Positions 10,729 to 24,640 of a stretch of 64,000 nt of DNA are shown piece by piece. The stretch's first letter is position 1, and each line of letters starts with the position of its first letter. The DNA is from Centroscyllium fabricii. Lineage: Eukaryota. Where the stretch lies: positions 390,848,001 through 390,912,000 of the forward strand of contig JBNRSN020000002.1 in NCBI GenBank assembly GCA_051313645.2, read 5' to 3'. The notes under the pieces were generated by a model. That model searched no databases. It saw only the letters and a program-made list of their open reading frames with translations, and had not been told where the DNA came from. Made by a program: the position numbers and the translations under genes.

Positions 10729-13620
10729 GAAGTTTCAAGTGCTCATCGAAATGCTTTTTGAATGTTGGGGGTTCCTGCCTCTACCTCCCTTTCAGGCAGA
10801 GTTCCAGATTCCAACCACTCTCTGGGTGAAAACATTTTTCCTCAAATCCCCTCTAAACCTTCTGCCCCTTACCTTAAAACTATGCCCCCTGGTTATTGAC
10901 CCCTCTACTAAGGGGAAAAGTTCCTTTCTATCTACCCTATCTATGCCCCTCAATTTTGTACACCTCAATCAGGTCTCCCCTCAGCTTTCTCTGCTCTAAG
11001 AAAAACAATCCCAGTCTGTCCAGTCTCTCTTCATAGCTGAAGCACTCCAGCCCAGGTAACATCCTGGTGAATCTCCTCTGCACCCTCTCCTATGCAATCA
11101 CATCCTTCCTATAGTGTGATGACCAGAACTGAGCACACTATTCCAGCTGTGGCCTAACTAGCGTTTTGTACAGCTCCATCATAACCTCCCTGCTCTTACA
11201 TTCTATGCCTCAGCTAATGAAGGCAAGTATCCCATATGCCTTCTTAACCAACTTATCTACCTATCTGCCGCCTTCAGGGATCTATGTACATGCACACCAA
11301 GGTCCCTCTGATCCTCTGTCCTTCCTTGGGTCCTACCATTCATGTGTATTCCCTTGCCTTGTTAGTCCTCCAAAAATGCATCGCCTCACATTTTTCAGGG
11401 TTAAATTCCATTTGCCACTGTTCTGCCCATCTGACCAACCCATCTATATCGTCCTGTAGCCTGAGGCTTCCCTCCTCGCTATTTACCACCCCACCAATTT
11501 TCGTGTCATCTGCGAGCTTACTGATCATACCTCCTACATTCATATCTAAATCATTAATGTACACTACAAACAGCAAAGGACCCAGCACCGATCCCTGCGG
11601 TACACCACTGGACACATGCTTCCAGTCACAAGAACAACCTTTGACCATCACCCTCTGCCTCCTGCCACAAAGCCAATATTGGATCCAATGTGCCCAGGTG
11701 CCCTGGATCCCATGGGCTCTTACCTTCTTGACCAGTCTCACATGTGGGACTTGGTCAAAAGCCTTACTGAAATCCATGTAGACTACATCAACTACACTAC
11801 CCTCATCCACACACCTAGTCACCCCCTCTCAAAATTCAATGAAATTGGTTAGACGTGATCTTCCCTTGACAAAGCCATGCTGACTATCCTTGATTAATCC
11901 TTGCCTCTCCAAGTGAATACTAATTCTGTCCCTCAGAAATTTTTCCAATAATTTCCCGACCACTGATGTTAGGCTCACTGGCCTGTAATTCCCTGGTTTA
12001 TCCCTACTACCCTTCTTGAATAATGGTACTACATTAGCTGTCCTCCAGTCTTTTGGTACCTCCCCTGTGGCCAGAGAGGTTCTGAAAATTTGTGTCAGAG
12101 CCCCTGCAATCTCCTCCCTTGCCTCACACAGCAGCCTGGGGTACATCTCATCAGGACCTGGGGATTTATCCACTTTTATGCCTGCTAAAACTGCTAGTAC
12201 GTCCTCCCTCTCGATGCTAATATGTTCAGGTATGTCACAGTCCCCTTGCCTGATTTCTATGCCTACATCATCCTTCTCCATTGTGAACACAGATGCAAAA
12301 TATTCATTTAAAACCTTACCTACATCTTCCAGTTCTACACACAGATTGCCACTTTGGTCCCTAATGGGCCCTACTCTTTCCCTAGTTATCCTCTTGCCTT
12401 TAATGTACTTATAAAACACCTTGGGATTTTCCTTTATTTTGCCCGCCAGTGTTTTTTCATGCCCCCTCTTCGCTCTCCTAATTTCTTTTTAAATTACTCC
12501 CCTGCACTTTCTATACTCCTCTCGGGTTTCCACTGTTTTTAGTCCTTTGTATCTGCCAAAAGCCTTCCTTTTTTTCCTAATCCATTCTTGTATATCCCTT
12601 GACATCCAGGCTTCCCTGGGCTCTTCTGGATGCACTTTTAGAATTCCACACCCTCTAAGCCTTTCACATTCTGACTATCCCAGTTAATATTGGGGAAGTT
12701 GAAATCCCCTACTATTATTACCCTATTATTTCTACACTTCTCTGAGATTTGCCTTCACATCTGTTCCTCTGTCTCTCCCTGACTGTTTGGGGGCCTATAG
12801 TACACTCCCAGTAAAGTGCTTGCCCCCTTTTTGTTTTTAAGTTCTACTCATATGGCCTCATTAGAGGGAACTGCTAAGATATTATCCCTCCTTACTGCAG
12901 TAATTGACTCTTTGATTGATATTGCGACACCCCCTTCTCTTTTACACCCTCCTCTGTCTCACCTGAAGATTCCATACCCTGGAATATTGAGCTACCAGTC
13001 CTGCCCCTGCCTCAACCATGTCTCTGTGATAGCAACAATATCATACTCCCATGTGTTCATCAACACTTTCAATTCATCTGCCTTACTCGCAAGACTCCTT
13101 GCATTAAAATAAATGTCATTCAGCCTTGCCATATTCCCTTATACCGTTACATATTTGCTCTGCCTTCCAGATTTTCTTCTATATTTGGCTGTGCATCACC
13201 CCCTACTATAACTCCACTCCGTATCCCATCCCCTGCCAAGTTAGTTTAAACAGCACTAGCAAACCTCCCCGCAAGAATGTTGGTCCCGTTCCAGTTCAGG
13301 TGCAACCCGTCCGACTTGTACAGGTCCCACCTTGCCCAGAGCAGACCCAGTGATCCAGGAAACTAAAGCCCTCCCTCCTGCACCAACTCTTTAGCCACGC
13401 ATTCATCTGCTCTATCCTTCAATTTCTATACTCACTAGCACGTGACACCGGGAGTAATCCAGAGATTACAACCTTGAGGTCCTGCTTTTTAATCTGCTAC
13501 CTTGCTCCCGAAATTCTTGTTGCAGGACCTCATCCCTCTTTCTACCTATGTCGTTGGCACCAATGTGAACCACGACCTCTGACTGTTCGCCTGACCTCTG
13601 ACTGTTCGCCTTCCCCCTTC
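10729..13620 (-). mobile_element. Long CR1 LINE with internal deletions (ORF1 remnant, endonuclease and RT)
   Basis: ORFs 11829-12419 (KSPGPD, WRTANVVPLFKKG…NYRPVSLTS) and 11340-11822 (DFSKAFD, GVPQGSVLGP, ADD). Endonuclease-like remnants lie at about 12650-13110. Confidence 0.9.
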
Positions 13621-14017
13621 AGAAGGCCGTATTGCCTGTTCCTACTTCTTAAAACAGTAACACTTTTAGCTTACCCTTAGGTGCATAAAAATCATAGACT
13701 GCTCTCTTGGATGGAAAGGACACTTCTGCAATATTAATCTGTATGAGTGGATATGAATGACCATATTGGCTGCACCCAGTAAATATAAAATAACTTCGAG
13801 TCAGATGTCCTTTCATTGGTTCTGCTGTGACAACATGTCAGCAAGTCAGTTTTGGTCTGAATGATTCTTGTTACCTTTTGCTTGGAGTGTCGACCCTTTA
13901 TAACTTGTGCACTTTGCCCAAACACACTGATCCAGGAGATATCAACAAGTGGTGTGCATCACGTTTATCTTGCTGGGTAAATAGTGTTACAGTAGTGTAT
14001 GTTTAATAAAATGTTTT

Positions 14018-14580
14018 TATTTATTCGTTCATGGGATCTGGACGTCGCTGGCAAGGCCAGCATTTATTGTCCATCCTTAGTTGCTCTTGAGAAGGTGGTG
14101 GTGAACCGCCTTATTGAACCGCTGCAGTCTGTGTGGTGAAGGTACTCCACAGTGCTGTTAGGTAGGGAGTTCCAGGATTTTGACCCAGCGACGATGAAGG
14201 ATCGGCAATATACTTCTAAGTCAGGATGGCGTGGAACTTGGAGGTGGTGGTGTTCCAATGCGTCTGCTGCCCTTGTCCTTCTAGGTGGAAGAGGTCGTGG
14301 GTTTGGGAGGTGCTGCCGAAGAAGCCTTGGTGAGTTGCTGCAGTGTATCTTGTAGGTGGTACACACTTCAGCCACGGTGCACTGGTGGTAGAGGGAGTTC
14401 ATGCTTAAAGTGGTGGATGGGGCGCCAATCAAGCGGGCTGCTTTGTCCTGGATGGTGTTGAGCTTCTTGAGTGTTGTTGTAGCTGCACTCATCCAGGCAA
14501 GTGGAGCGTATTCCATCACACTCCTTACTTATGCTTTGTAGATGGTGGAAAGGCTTTGGGGAGTGTATGGGGTCTCTGAT
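14018..14580 (-). mobile_element. Family A LINE 3' fragment
   Basis: ORF 14064-14519 (MEYAPLAWMSAA…IQDKAARLIG) is homologous to ORF 414-1280. Confidence 0.85.
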
Positions 14581-14855
14581 TTCACTGCCTTTAGGTTGCC
14601 TCCTTAAGTTCACAAAGTTCTTGTGTTAACTGTGATGAGCCAAGAAGATTTGTAGTTTTAATTACTTGAATGGATTTCTATGCTGCATTTAGGATGGTCA
14701 TACTTGATACTGGTGGAGATGTTACAAATTGGTGAGAGCGGCGTCTGATTTGTACCTTAGTATACCAGGTGGTTTTTTTCTACCCAGAAATATCCATTTA
14801 TTAATGTTAATGGATTGCTGTGCAAATTAGAGGAACTCTTGCAGGTTACCATTCT

Positions 14856-15356
14856 TGTAATGATGTGATGTATGATGTATGCACTATCGGGGGCTGGTGG
14901 ACGCGCTTTACGGCTGCAGTAAAGACACCAGCCTCTGAGTATAAAAGGAAGCCATCTTGACCACATGGTCAGAGTGCACAGAGCAGGCAATGAATTGAGA
15001 CCTCATTAAAGTACAGGAGTGAATCTCATCTCATGTGGCTCTCAGTAATTTACTGTTGTGAGAAACCTGTATTTACCACTGTATATAATGTCTGCACCAG
15101 TAATGACCTGACGGCATTACTGGACATATACCTGTACATATCTGTATATACCTGACGGCAGGAACTGCCCCACCTCTAACTCCTCCCCTCAGGTCGGAGT
15201 ACATAGGCGGTTGCTCACCAACCCCCATTCATTCACCGCCCTGAGCTCAGCCAAAGACCAGCTCTGTTTTATAGTTAATAAAAGCCTTTAGTTGAGGTAA
15301 CTATTCGTCTTTGCGTATTATTAACGATACGTCAACTGTAAGATAGTAACATTACA
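14856..15356 (+). mobile_element. Solo LTR hosting a nested solo LTR
   Basis: TGTAATG…CATTACA termini with 5-bp TSD ATTCT (14851-14855, 15357-15361). TATAAAA at about 14940. Confidence 0.8.
15057..15334 (+). mobile_element. Nested solo LTR related to the Gypsy-2 LTR family
   Basis: TG…GATACGTCA ends, TSD ACTGT (15052-15056, 15335-15339), an AATAAAAGCC signal, and similarity to the reverse complement of 26086-26366. Confidence 0.8.
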
Positions 15357-15423
15357 ATTCTGACCTGTGACCAGTCTCAAATCCATGTTTTTAAATGACT
15401 AAATTTATTGTTTAACAGTCAAT

Positions 15424-16183
15424 GGGCCAGAAATTAGGGTCGGAGGCTTGTCGCGTGTGCAAGCCTCCAAAGTGCACTTACCTTCCGCACCTGTGTTTTG
15501 GTGACTTCCGATGCGAGGCCCTCCGTAGTCCTTCTGAAATGTCAGCGCGCTGCGCTTCCGGATCCCAGCGGCGCAGTTAGTGCGATTTCTCGAGCGGGAT
15601 CACATGGGCTGCCTTGAGCCAATCGGAGCACAGAATTCTCCATTCATAAGTTTGACAGGAAGACCTGTCGAACTTAGGAATTACTACAACCCCAAAACCT
15701 CACTAAACCTTAAAATAATTTTTTTTTTAAACATCACATTTTTTAAAAATAACTATCAATGACGCAAATTAGCTATTTTAAACAAAAATTAAAAATTTTG
15801 AAAAAAATATTTAAAGTATTTAACGGGTCTAAAATCAACTTACCTTTCTTTAAAGTATTTAAAAATGAAAACTCTGGAAAAAATTTTTTTAATTGAATTA
15901 AATAACGACTTACCTGCTGTAGTCCACTGTTTGCGCATGAAAATAGGAGCCGTAACTATTTCCAATACTTACCCTGAAAAACACTTGGGAAAAAATCGGG
16001 AGTTCATTGCGCACCCACTCCCGCACACGCGCACGTGTCCCAACCCCTGATCCCTTCTTTCAGGGGATCGGAAGTGCCGGTTTCGCGCGGATGCGCGGTG
16101 TATGCCGGCAACCTGCACTTTGCAAGGCCGCACGCGTGAGTACCCCGTCCGTACTCACGCGTTGCGGGCCTAATCTCTGGCCC
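15424..16183. mobile_element. Harbinger-type MITE (GGGCCAGAAATT TIR family)
   Basis: TIRs gggccagaaattag / ctaatctctggccc. Homologous to 23888-24640 (reverse orientation) and 31100-31819. Confidence 0.75.
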
Positions 16184-16761
16184 ATTATTTGTTACTTTTT
16201 TTGTATAAAGTTATAAAACACTGAGGTATGGAACAGCATATTTTATCTTGTTGTGGCTAGCTATACTACACATTTGTGCATCAATGCAAAGCGATTTCAG
16301 CTTCACAATGACTCATTGTGTTGTGCAACTGAAGCGTGAAGGTGCCCAAATTCAGTTTAGACAAATGGGGTGAGACCCTCTCAGAACATAATGTACTTTG
16401 GTTCTGCATTAGTTGTAAGGTCTCTTGGGCATTGGTGAAACTTTATTTTGAATCATTGTAATATTATAGCGAGACGTTGTTGGTGAGTGCTGCCTGTTGT
16501 ATCATGATGCCTTGGGGCTCTTTCCACTTGTACATTATTTCACCTTTGTCCTGCTGGAAATCTGAGCGCATTTCAATAAACAGTTCAATTTATAACAGAC
16601 TAAGGGCAGCCTAATAAGAATAACACTTTCAGGCTTCAGTATTTGCATTTTGCTATCTGAATATTATTGGTGTAAGATATTACATTTTTACTCCAATATT
16701 TTTTTTGCCAAATTCATTTTATATTTTTGAACACTTGAGTTTTACTGATTTGAGTGAATTC

Positions 16762-16930
16762 GAACATAGGAACAGGAGCAGGCCATTCAGCCCCTCAAGC
16801 CTGTTCCACCATTCAGTTAGATTATGGGTGATCTGTACCTAAACTCCACCGACTTGGTTCCGTAACCCTTAATCCCCTTGCTTAACAAAACTCCATCAAT
16901 CTCAATTTTGCCATTTTCAATTGACCTCGA
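16762..16930 (-). mobile_element. CR1 3' tail fragment
   Basis: aacataggaacaggagcaggccattcagcccctc… is the reverse complement of the family B tail. Confidence 0.7.
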
Positions 16931-17169
16931 GCAAATCTAGGAGTTGCTAGTGATAAACATTGGCCTGCTTTGCAAGTTAATTTAGCAAATGTTTTGAAAA
17001 CATCTAAATGCTTGGTCAAATATCAGAATTCATGATCATCATGATGTATTCTGTTTTTGAACTTGTATTTTTAGATGCCTGTAAGAAAATTGGTACGATC
17101 TCACTAACGTGTAAATATTTGCCAAAGACAGGGTGCACCATCCTGTGTTCCATCAATTTCTCCGAATAT

Positions 17170-17392
17170 CTCTTACCATCCCCCACCTTCCAGCCTGTCG
17201 CTGATCTTTCCTTTGTTCTTTCAGCCACCCCCCCCCCTCCGCCTTTCCCCAGTCCCCACAAGCTTTAAATCTATCCCCCCTCCCGGCTTCTCCAGTTTTG
17301 AAAAAAGGTCATTGACCTGAAACGTCAACTCTGCTTCTCTCTCCACCGATGCTGCCTGGCCTGCTGATTTTCTCCAGCGTTTTCTGTTGTTA
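17170..17392 (+). mobile_element. Penelope-like element terminal fragment with decayed hammerhead-like core
   Basis: ttgaaaaaAGGTCattGACCTGAAACgtc (stem II plus GAAAC), followed by gatgctgcctggcctgctga. Confidence 0.5.
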
Positions 17393-18372
17393 GTGCATAT
17401 TATAACTGTGTGCAATCCCTTCTAGCAAAGCTGGGAGTGACCCCTACATTTATAAAAACATAATTTATGTTGTGTAAAGCCAGTTCTGAGCAGTCATTTT
17501 TCACTTTGGAGGCGATGTCGGGGTTGTCGGGGTTTATCTGAAGATGTCGTCGTAGTTCAGATGTGGCAGTGAATGAATGCAAATTGCCGGTTTTATGCTG
17601 TCGGCTTGATGCCAGGTAGCTGATGGCACAGGATGATGGATTAATGCTGTTGGTTAGTGAGCTGTCGGTGAAAAATGACTGAACATTCTTCCATGAGGTG
17701 ACTGTTAGTACAACAGACTGCAACAAGGTAGCTCAGTCCCTGTGTAGGCTAATTAAAAGCTCTGGTCTAATCCCTACAGAGCCTGGTTTTCATCCTTGTT
17801 TCACTATATCCAATCATGCACAATTGTCTCCATTCTTAAGGCATCATTTAAAGAGACAGCGTGCATGTTGTATGAGCTCGTATAAGCATTGTTTTGGAAG
17901 CACTACCAATAAAGTTGATGCAGTATCTTCTTTGATGTCACCACAGCTGTCTAGCAAATGTCTTGTGTTGTTAATTTCTAAACCATTTGAAGCCACTTGC
18001 GTACAGGATTTGTAATGGACTTACTAAATATAGATGCTTCTGAAAATTATGTTCCACAATGATTTGAGTATCCAAAAGTAATGTATTTAAAAAATTTTTT
18101 TTAACTGTTAACAAGGTGCATTTTATGTCGATCATCAGAAAGGGTATTATCCATTAGCCTTGCCACTTAACATGCCATTTGCAGTTTTGGAAAAGAAAGA
18201 GAGGTCGTTTTTTGTTAGGCTACTAAGGCTTTTAACAGGCATTGTAAGCAAGCACATGTTAAGTATGCAACCATTGGGCTGCAAACCTGCTGCAAGATTT
18301 TACAATGTGTAAGGGTTTGATGGGTCTAAGTGGTGAAATTATCATATAGAGGCTTCAAGAATAGCATAATTA

Positions 18373-18883
18373 CAGGTTGGGCACCGTTAATCCGGCACCC
18401 GAAAAACCGGCAGCTTCAGACGTCCGGTACAGAGTTCCCTGAGTGGTCGGCGCATGCGCAAAATAGCCGCCGCGCTCTGTGCATTCGCAAAATGGCCGCT
18501 GCGCTTGGCTGCCCATGCCCAGGCCTTCCCGAACGATATACGCATGCACAGACCGAAGCTTCAGTGTTAAAACTAAAGTTTCCTCCCAACCCACAAAAGG
18601 TGTGGTGTCTGGCTGCATACTTTGTTAGCTTTCAACTTTGAAACTGAGGCAAGATGCATTTACAATGGAACAGAATTACTTTCTCTAAATTTAAAAAGTC
18701 TACCTTGGTATCTTACCGAACGATGCGCGCATGCACAGACCATTAAAAATGGCCGCCGGCCTTTCGCAGCAGCCATTTTGAGTGGTCTGCGCATGTGCTC
18801 GCCGAAGCTTTAATCATTCGGAGTTTTCACAAATTCAGCACGGTCCTGGTCCCGACTGTGCCGGATTAACGGTGCTCAACCTG
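18373..18883. mobile_element. pogo/Tigger-type MITE
   Basis: TA|CAGGTTGGGCACCGTTAATCCGGCA…TGCCGGATTAACGGTGCTCAACCTG|TA: about 25-bp TIRs and a TA TSD. Confidence 0.85.
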
Positions 18884-18944
18884 TACAAGGGTAATGATCC
18901 TATTCCCTGCTCACCTCCATAGCTATTTCTAACAACTTGGGCAG

Positions 18945-19130
18945 TTACACAGAGAAAATACTGGAAGTATGCAATAGGTCAGAACACACCGGAAAGAGAA
19001 AAGACAGGTTAATTTTCAGGCGGCACAATTCAGTTCTCAGGAAGGATCCCAACTGAAACATTAAAATAAATGTCTCTTTCAGTCGCTGACTGACCTGCTG
19101 AGTATTTCTGCTCTTTGTTTGACATTCCAG
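18945..19130. mobile_element. Old fold-back Penelope-like fragment
   Basis: Head-to-head degenerate copies of the gacctgctgagtatttc tail seen near 17350. Confidence 0.35.
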
Positions 19131-20333
19131 CCTTCCTGATTTCTCGACTAATCTCTTGAGCATTTCTAACCTATTAATGAGCCCCTACTCATCACTTCCT
19201 CAAAGGGATTGCAATGCCACTTTCAAACTGTACCCCCACCCCCAATTTTGCTAATTCTCAAAAATCGTGCATCTTTGTTACGAAACCTTTTTCAGAGACA
19301 CGTTGAAAGACTGGGAGGAAGCGATGACAGGTCATTTTCCTCAACTAAAATAAAATGTTATTTTGTGACACGAATAAGGTGCATTAGGGAGTGCTGTGTA
19401 GGTTGAACATTGATGGCTATTAACTTCAACCTGTAGCTCTACAAGCTAACAAGAAGGGTATTATCATTTTAATTTTTTTTTAACTAACAAGGTGTTGATG
19501 TGTAATTGTGAAAGAAATTAGGTGGAGAATGGTTAAGTAGGACATGGAAATCTCAGCAGGGATCAAAACCAATCATAAATGCTATCAGCAGCTAGGTTTT
19601 AATGTTTTCATGACTTATCAGGAGAAATCCACAGCCTTGTTACCAGCTATTCCATCTGTAATAATTTCATCTACTGTCCCCATGGACTTATTGTATTAAC
19701 AAGTATAATATTTCCTTTTATTTTAAATCTGTATGCTACGGTAGTTATCCTATTTATAAATTAGGTGATTAACTTTTTTTTATGAGGTTCAGCTTGTGAT
19801 ATTTTAAGACCTCCTGAATAACCAACTGGAATCACCACTGGAATGACATTCTCCATGTAGAGATGGGTCAGTGTGTAGACAACCTAGATTCTGACCAATC
19901 CAAATACTTCAGGTGCATATAGTTTAGCTTTTGTTAAATATCTGACTGTTAGAAATGAAAAACATACCAAATTGTACAGCAGCTTTGCCAATTTTAGGAA
20001 GCATTTGCAAGTTTCAGTTGTATTCTGACGCATTTCAGGTGATTATCAATGCAAAAAATGAGAATATAACTCGAGAGTCGGGTTCCAATTTGAAACCTGA
20101 GCACTCAAAAGGCATGAGTTTGTAATGACTATCTCCAGTACCCAAAGCCATACATTCAAAGTCCCCAGGCAATCTGTTACCCCCGAGGAACTTTAAAAAC
20201 TTTTGCATGGCATTTATTTAATATTGGCAAAAAAGCAGATCTTCCTGCCAATTTTCTTCTAATTAAAAATGAGCACATATGTTGAAGTCAGATTGCAGTT
20301 AGTCCGCATTATAAGGCAAGTATCTGTCGAGTG

Positions 20334-20628
20334 TGTGGTAAACCACTCTTTGTATATATATATATATGTGTGTATATTACTGTAACCTACTGTAATCACC
20401 TTTAACCATGTTGTATAATAGTTCTCTGTGTGTGGTTGCCTGGACATGCCCATGCTGGCCCCGCCTGTGACTCCTCCCTCCCAGGACCAGGTACATAAGT
20501 GGCCGTCTCCCTTCCCCCAGCCATTCCTGGGGACGGTCGACTAGCTGGTGCATGTCCACCTTTAGCTAATAAAAGCCGATTGTTTCACCTCTTAATATCT
20601 CGTCTCCGAGGTCGTTAATTCGGTAACA
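20334..20628 (+). mobile_element. Solo LTR (TGTGGTAA-start group)
   Basis: TGTGGTAAACC…GGTAACA with TSD GAGTG on both sides and AATAAAAGCC at about 20568. Confidence 0.85.
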
Positions 20629-21272
20629 GAGTGCATGTCGAACCCGGCAGATGCTAATTTCAGATTGGCCGCCACAATATAACTAAGCTAAATGCCACAG
20701 TTTTATTATTCAGCTAGTTTAGAGTTGGATTTAACTTTGCAAACCTGAATTTTGGGCCTGGCCATAAAAGGAGTAGTCTTCCATCATTTTTCTCTATTTA
20801 AGTGCTGCCATTTTACCAGTCCTTCCCGGAGTTGAAAATCAATTTTCTAAGTGCATTTAAACATGATGGTGGAAAGCTGGCTTTTTTATTCACTCCACTC
20901 TGCTCCAGTAAGGCCATCCATCTCCTGTCTGTCTGCTGCTCCTCTCCCTCTCACGGTCCTCTGCATTGTGGTTCTTTCAATCAGTAGCAGCAGAAAGTGA
21001 GCTGGCGTCTAGGAGAATATTTTCACAATTTGGTAAATGGAGATGACTTTAAGTGGGGTTGTCTGGGATGTTTTGGAAGGTTTAGATTTATATTTTATAG
21101 ACCAATTTGAATAATTAAGTAGCATGGGTAGAAATTATTAACATTTGGTTTTACATACCAACTCTTGTATCTATGCTTTGGGCAGACGAGGGAAAGGCTG
21201 TTACTTGGATTTAAAAATTAGACTTCAGGTTCAGAACTCTTGAATTTCTGACACTGCTTGGGATGTTTTATT

Positions 21273-22121
21273 GGCCCAGAAATTCCAGTCCATCGCACGC
21301 TTAGCACCCGCAGGAGTGGCGCCTAATTTCCCGTGCTAGCTATCGCACGGGGCATGCGCAGGAATCCGGGCTTTCCGATGCTGAGCAGAAGAGGCTTCAG
21401 CATCGCACGCACAAAAGAATTATCACCCAAAAATCCTGATGTAAATGGGTGTGATTCTGTGCGCTAATCTGTGGGCAACTGGACTTCAAATAGCACGGGA
21501 AAAAAGGAGTCGTTAACCGTGCGTTAGTGAGAACAGTGCATTATTGAAGACGGTGAAGGACTTTTTTAGCATTGAATTTAAAGTTTTAGCAATTTTAATT
21601 GACTTTGTGGGCAGTTAACTACTATTTTTTGTGGATTTGGAATGTTTTTGAAAATTTTTAAAAATCGGCTTTTCAAGTGTTTTTCACCCGATTTTTTTGT
21701 ACAAAATTGTTTGGTTCTAAAGTCTTTCATCCTAAATTAAAAATTACCTACATGCTGTTAAAGGAACTTTAAAACTCTTTGAATGTTTAAAAAAGTTATC
21801 AAAAAAATCGCTGCAAATCAAAGATCCTTACCTTCGTTGCCAATGTGATGCTGCCCGCCCTTGCTCCCTGCCGATTCTGTGTTCACATCAGGGGGCATGT
21901 CCATTTAAATGAGACCTTCGTGGGCGGGGCATCAGACTAGCACACGCACCACGGCAATGCATATTTAGCGCACCTAGCGTGGCTGCACTGATACGCAGCC
22001 CAGGAACGCTAAAAAAAATACGGCAATTTTTCAGCGCTAAAAAGGTAAGATTCTGGTGCGCTGCGTTAGGGGTCCGCATGGCCCTGCACCCGCACGAAAC
22101 GGCAGACTGCAACTTCTGGGA
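21273..22121. mobile_element. Harbinger-type MITE
   Basis: ggcccagaaattccagt…actgcaacttctggga termini and an AT-rich core like its relatives. Confidence 0.6.
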
Positions 22122-22459
22122 TTATGTTAAAGATGCTATATAAATTCAAGTTGTTGTTGTTGAAATGCCAGACATGGTCTGAATTTAAAGTGTAACCATA
22201 CGATATGAGATGTTCTTCTTCAATCCAGTTTAACTTAGCCCAAATAATTAAACAAAATGCTTACTGTCGTTTTATTCAGCAAAAAAATAATCTGCAGAAA
22301 CAGCTCTCTTGATATCATTGATAAAATGGGATCACGTTGTAGAAACTTTTATTCTTTTATTAATCTACCTGGGCTATATTCAACCATTTTCAGGGCTTGT
22401 CTTAGTATGATTGTAAGTCAGAAATTCATATGTATAAACACAGGCATTGGGTTTCAGCA

Positions 22460-22523
22460 TTCAATTCAATTCAATTCAATTCAATTCAATTCAATTCAAT
22501 TCAATTCAATTCAATTCAATTCA
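22460..22523. repeat. (AATTC)n microsatellite derived from the LINE tail
   Basis: About 12 tandem ttcaa units. Confidence 0.95.
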
Positions 22524-23230
22524 AGTTTTATTGTCATTGCAGAGTACTAGTACAATACAACGAGACGAAGACTCGACTCTCCCGAGAGTAGTGTAGACAA
22601 AAGAAATAAATTACATAAATAAATTGCATACAGTAAAGTTCATTATCAGGCGTGCAGGTACCGGAGTTTCTTTTTAGAGTTCAGGAGGCTGACAGCCCTG
22701 GGGAAGAAGCTGTTCTGAAATCTAGTCGTGCGGGTGCAAATTGCTCTGTAGCGCCTCCCGGAGGGCAGAGGGGCGAACAGACTGTGGCTGGGGTGTGTGG
22801 GGTCTTTTATAATGTTCATAGACCTCCGTAAGCAGCGTTTGAGGTAGATGCTTTCCACTGACGGTAGCTGTGTACCGGTAATTCGTTGGGCAGTTTTGAC
22901 TACCCGCTGCAGGGTTTTCCGGTCCGAGATAGTGCAATTACCATACCAGACAGTGATGCAGCTTGTCAGTATGCTTTCTATTGTGCAGCGGTAGAAGTTG
23001 GAGAGGATGCCGGATGACAGCCTGGCTTTCTTCAGCTTCCTAAGGAAGTACAGGCGCTGTTGGGCCTTCTTAACCAGAGAGGAGGTGTTTAGTGACCAGG
23101 AGAGATCTTCCGAGATGTGGACCCCGAGGAACTTGAAGCTGGACACCCTTTCCACCTCAGCCCCTTGGATGAAGATGGGTGTGTGTCTTCTGCTTCCAGT
23201 CCTCCGGAAGTCCACTATGATCTCCTTCGT
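22460..23230 (-). mobile_element. Rex1/Babar-clade LINE 3' fragment with (TTGAA)n tail
   Basis: ORF 22646-23215: VERVSSFKFLGVHIS…KAQQRLYFLRKL…FYRCTIESILTSCITVWYG…LPSGRRYR. Microsatellite tail at 22460-22523. Confidence 0.85.
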
Positions 23231-23887
23231 TCAAAGCATCAAAGAGAACTTAATCCAGTTCTTCACAGTGGCAATATTTTTGGAGAGTTTCAAAACTTTA
23301 ATTGCCATAGAATAGCAAAGTATCCATCCAGTTAAATCTTTTGTATCTGGCATGTGTCCTTGGGACATGGCAAAGTGTCCATAGAACATAGCAAAGTGTC
23401 TGACACGCCTCAATGAAAAACCACTATCACCATCACGAAAAACATTTTTGTTATCTCTTTTATAAAGATTCTGCTAAAACACAAAAACAAATCATTGAAA
23501 ATACTTTTCAAAGTCCTTGCAGTAGCCATGTTGGTTTCCCACCAGATCCCACCATATTCTGATAAAAATAACATTTATAATGTAATAAACTTTTTAACAA
23601 AATAGCAACAATTGTGAGGGATAAAAATCTCCAAAGCTTGCGAGAAACTCGCACATTTCATCTTGTTCTTGTATTTCCCACTTTCTGCGTTGAGAGACCA
23701 CAGCCAATCTCTCTGCCCTGCCTTTCTTCCCCCAACCCCCCAAATGGGAAAGCTCCTAGCTCAGAATGCATCCCAGAACACAGGTCCTCCTGCAAGCACC
23801 CAAATTCCCCCTTCCCTTGAGTGCTCACAGAACCTAGTTTCCAGCCGCCCATTCCCTGAATGATCCAAGGTTCCACCTAGAATCATT

Positions 23888-24640
23888 GGCCCAGAAATGA
23901 GGGGCCCAGCGCGTGAGTACGGACGGTGTACTCACGCGTGGGCCCCTCGGAATTGCCGGTTTCCGGCATGCATCGCGCATGCGTGAGAAACCGGCAATCC
24001 GATCCGCTGTCTCAAGGGGTCAGGAGCCAGAGCGCGTTGGCCTGCGCAGCAGGAGGTGCGCAATGCAGTTCTGATTTTTTCACAGGTTTGTATCAGGGTA
24101 AGTATTTGAAATATTTACGGCTGGTATTTTCAAGCGCAAGGAGTGGATTTCATCAGGTAAGTCTTTATTTTATTCAATTTAAGCATTCTTTTCCCACGGG
24201 TTTTTCATTTTTTTAAACTTTAAGTTCATTTGTAGGCCCATTAAATACTTTAAATATTTTTTTCAACATTTTTAATTTTTGTTTAAAATAGCTCATTTGT
24301 ATCATTGATAGTTATTTAAAAAAAAGTGATGTTTAAAAAAAATTATTTTAAGGGTTAGTGTGGTTTTGGGGCTATAGTATTCATAAGTTTGACAGCTCTT
24401 CATGTCAAGCTTATGAATGGAGCATTCTTTGCTCCGATTGGCTCCCCGCGGACCACGTGATCCCGCGGGAAGCTTCGCACCAGCTCCGACGCTGAGATGG
24501 ATCAGCGCGGCCCGGGGCCCTCTCAGCATGCCCTGGATCTGGATTTCTTGATGGTGGAATCAAGAACGGCAGGCGCGCTCCGTAAGTGTGTGTTGGAGGC
24601 TTGCACTCGTGGGAAGCCTCCAACCCGATTTTTCTGGCCC
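23888..24640. mobile_element. Harbinger-type MITE, inverted relative of 15424-16183
   Basis: ggcccagaaat…atttttctggccc TIRs and a shared gtgagtac…gtactcacgcg hairpin. Confidence 0.75.

Noticed and set aside
17400-18015. Two overlapping ORFs of about 105 aa as a host exon or endogenous virus
   Set aside because: There are no recognisable motifs, the extended frame has stops, and I see no clear splice signals.
22242-22550. ORF with IQFNS repeats
   Set aside because: It is the translation of the (AATTC)n LINE tail.
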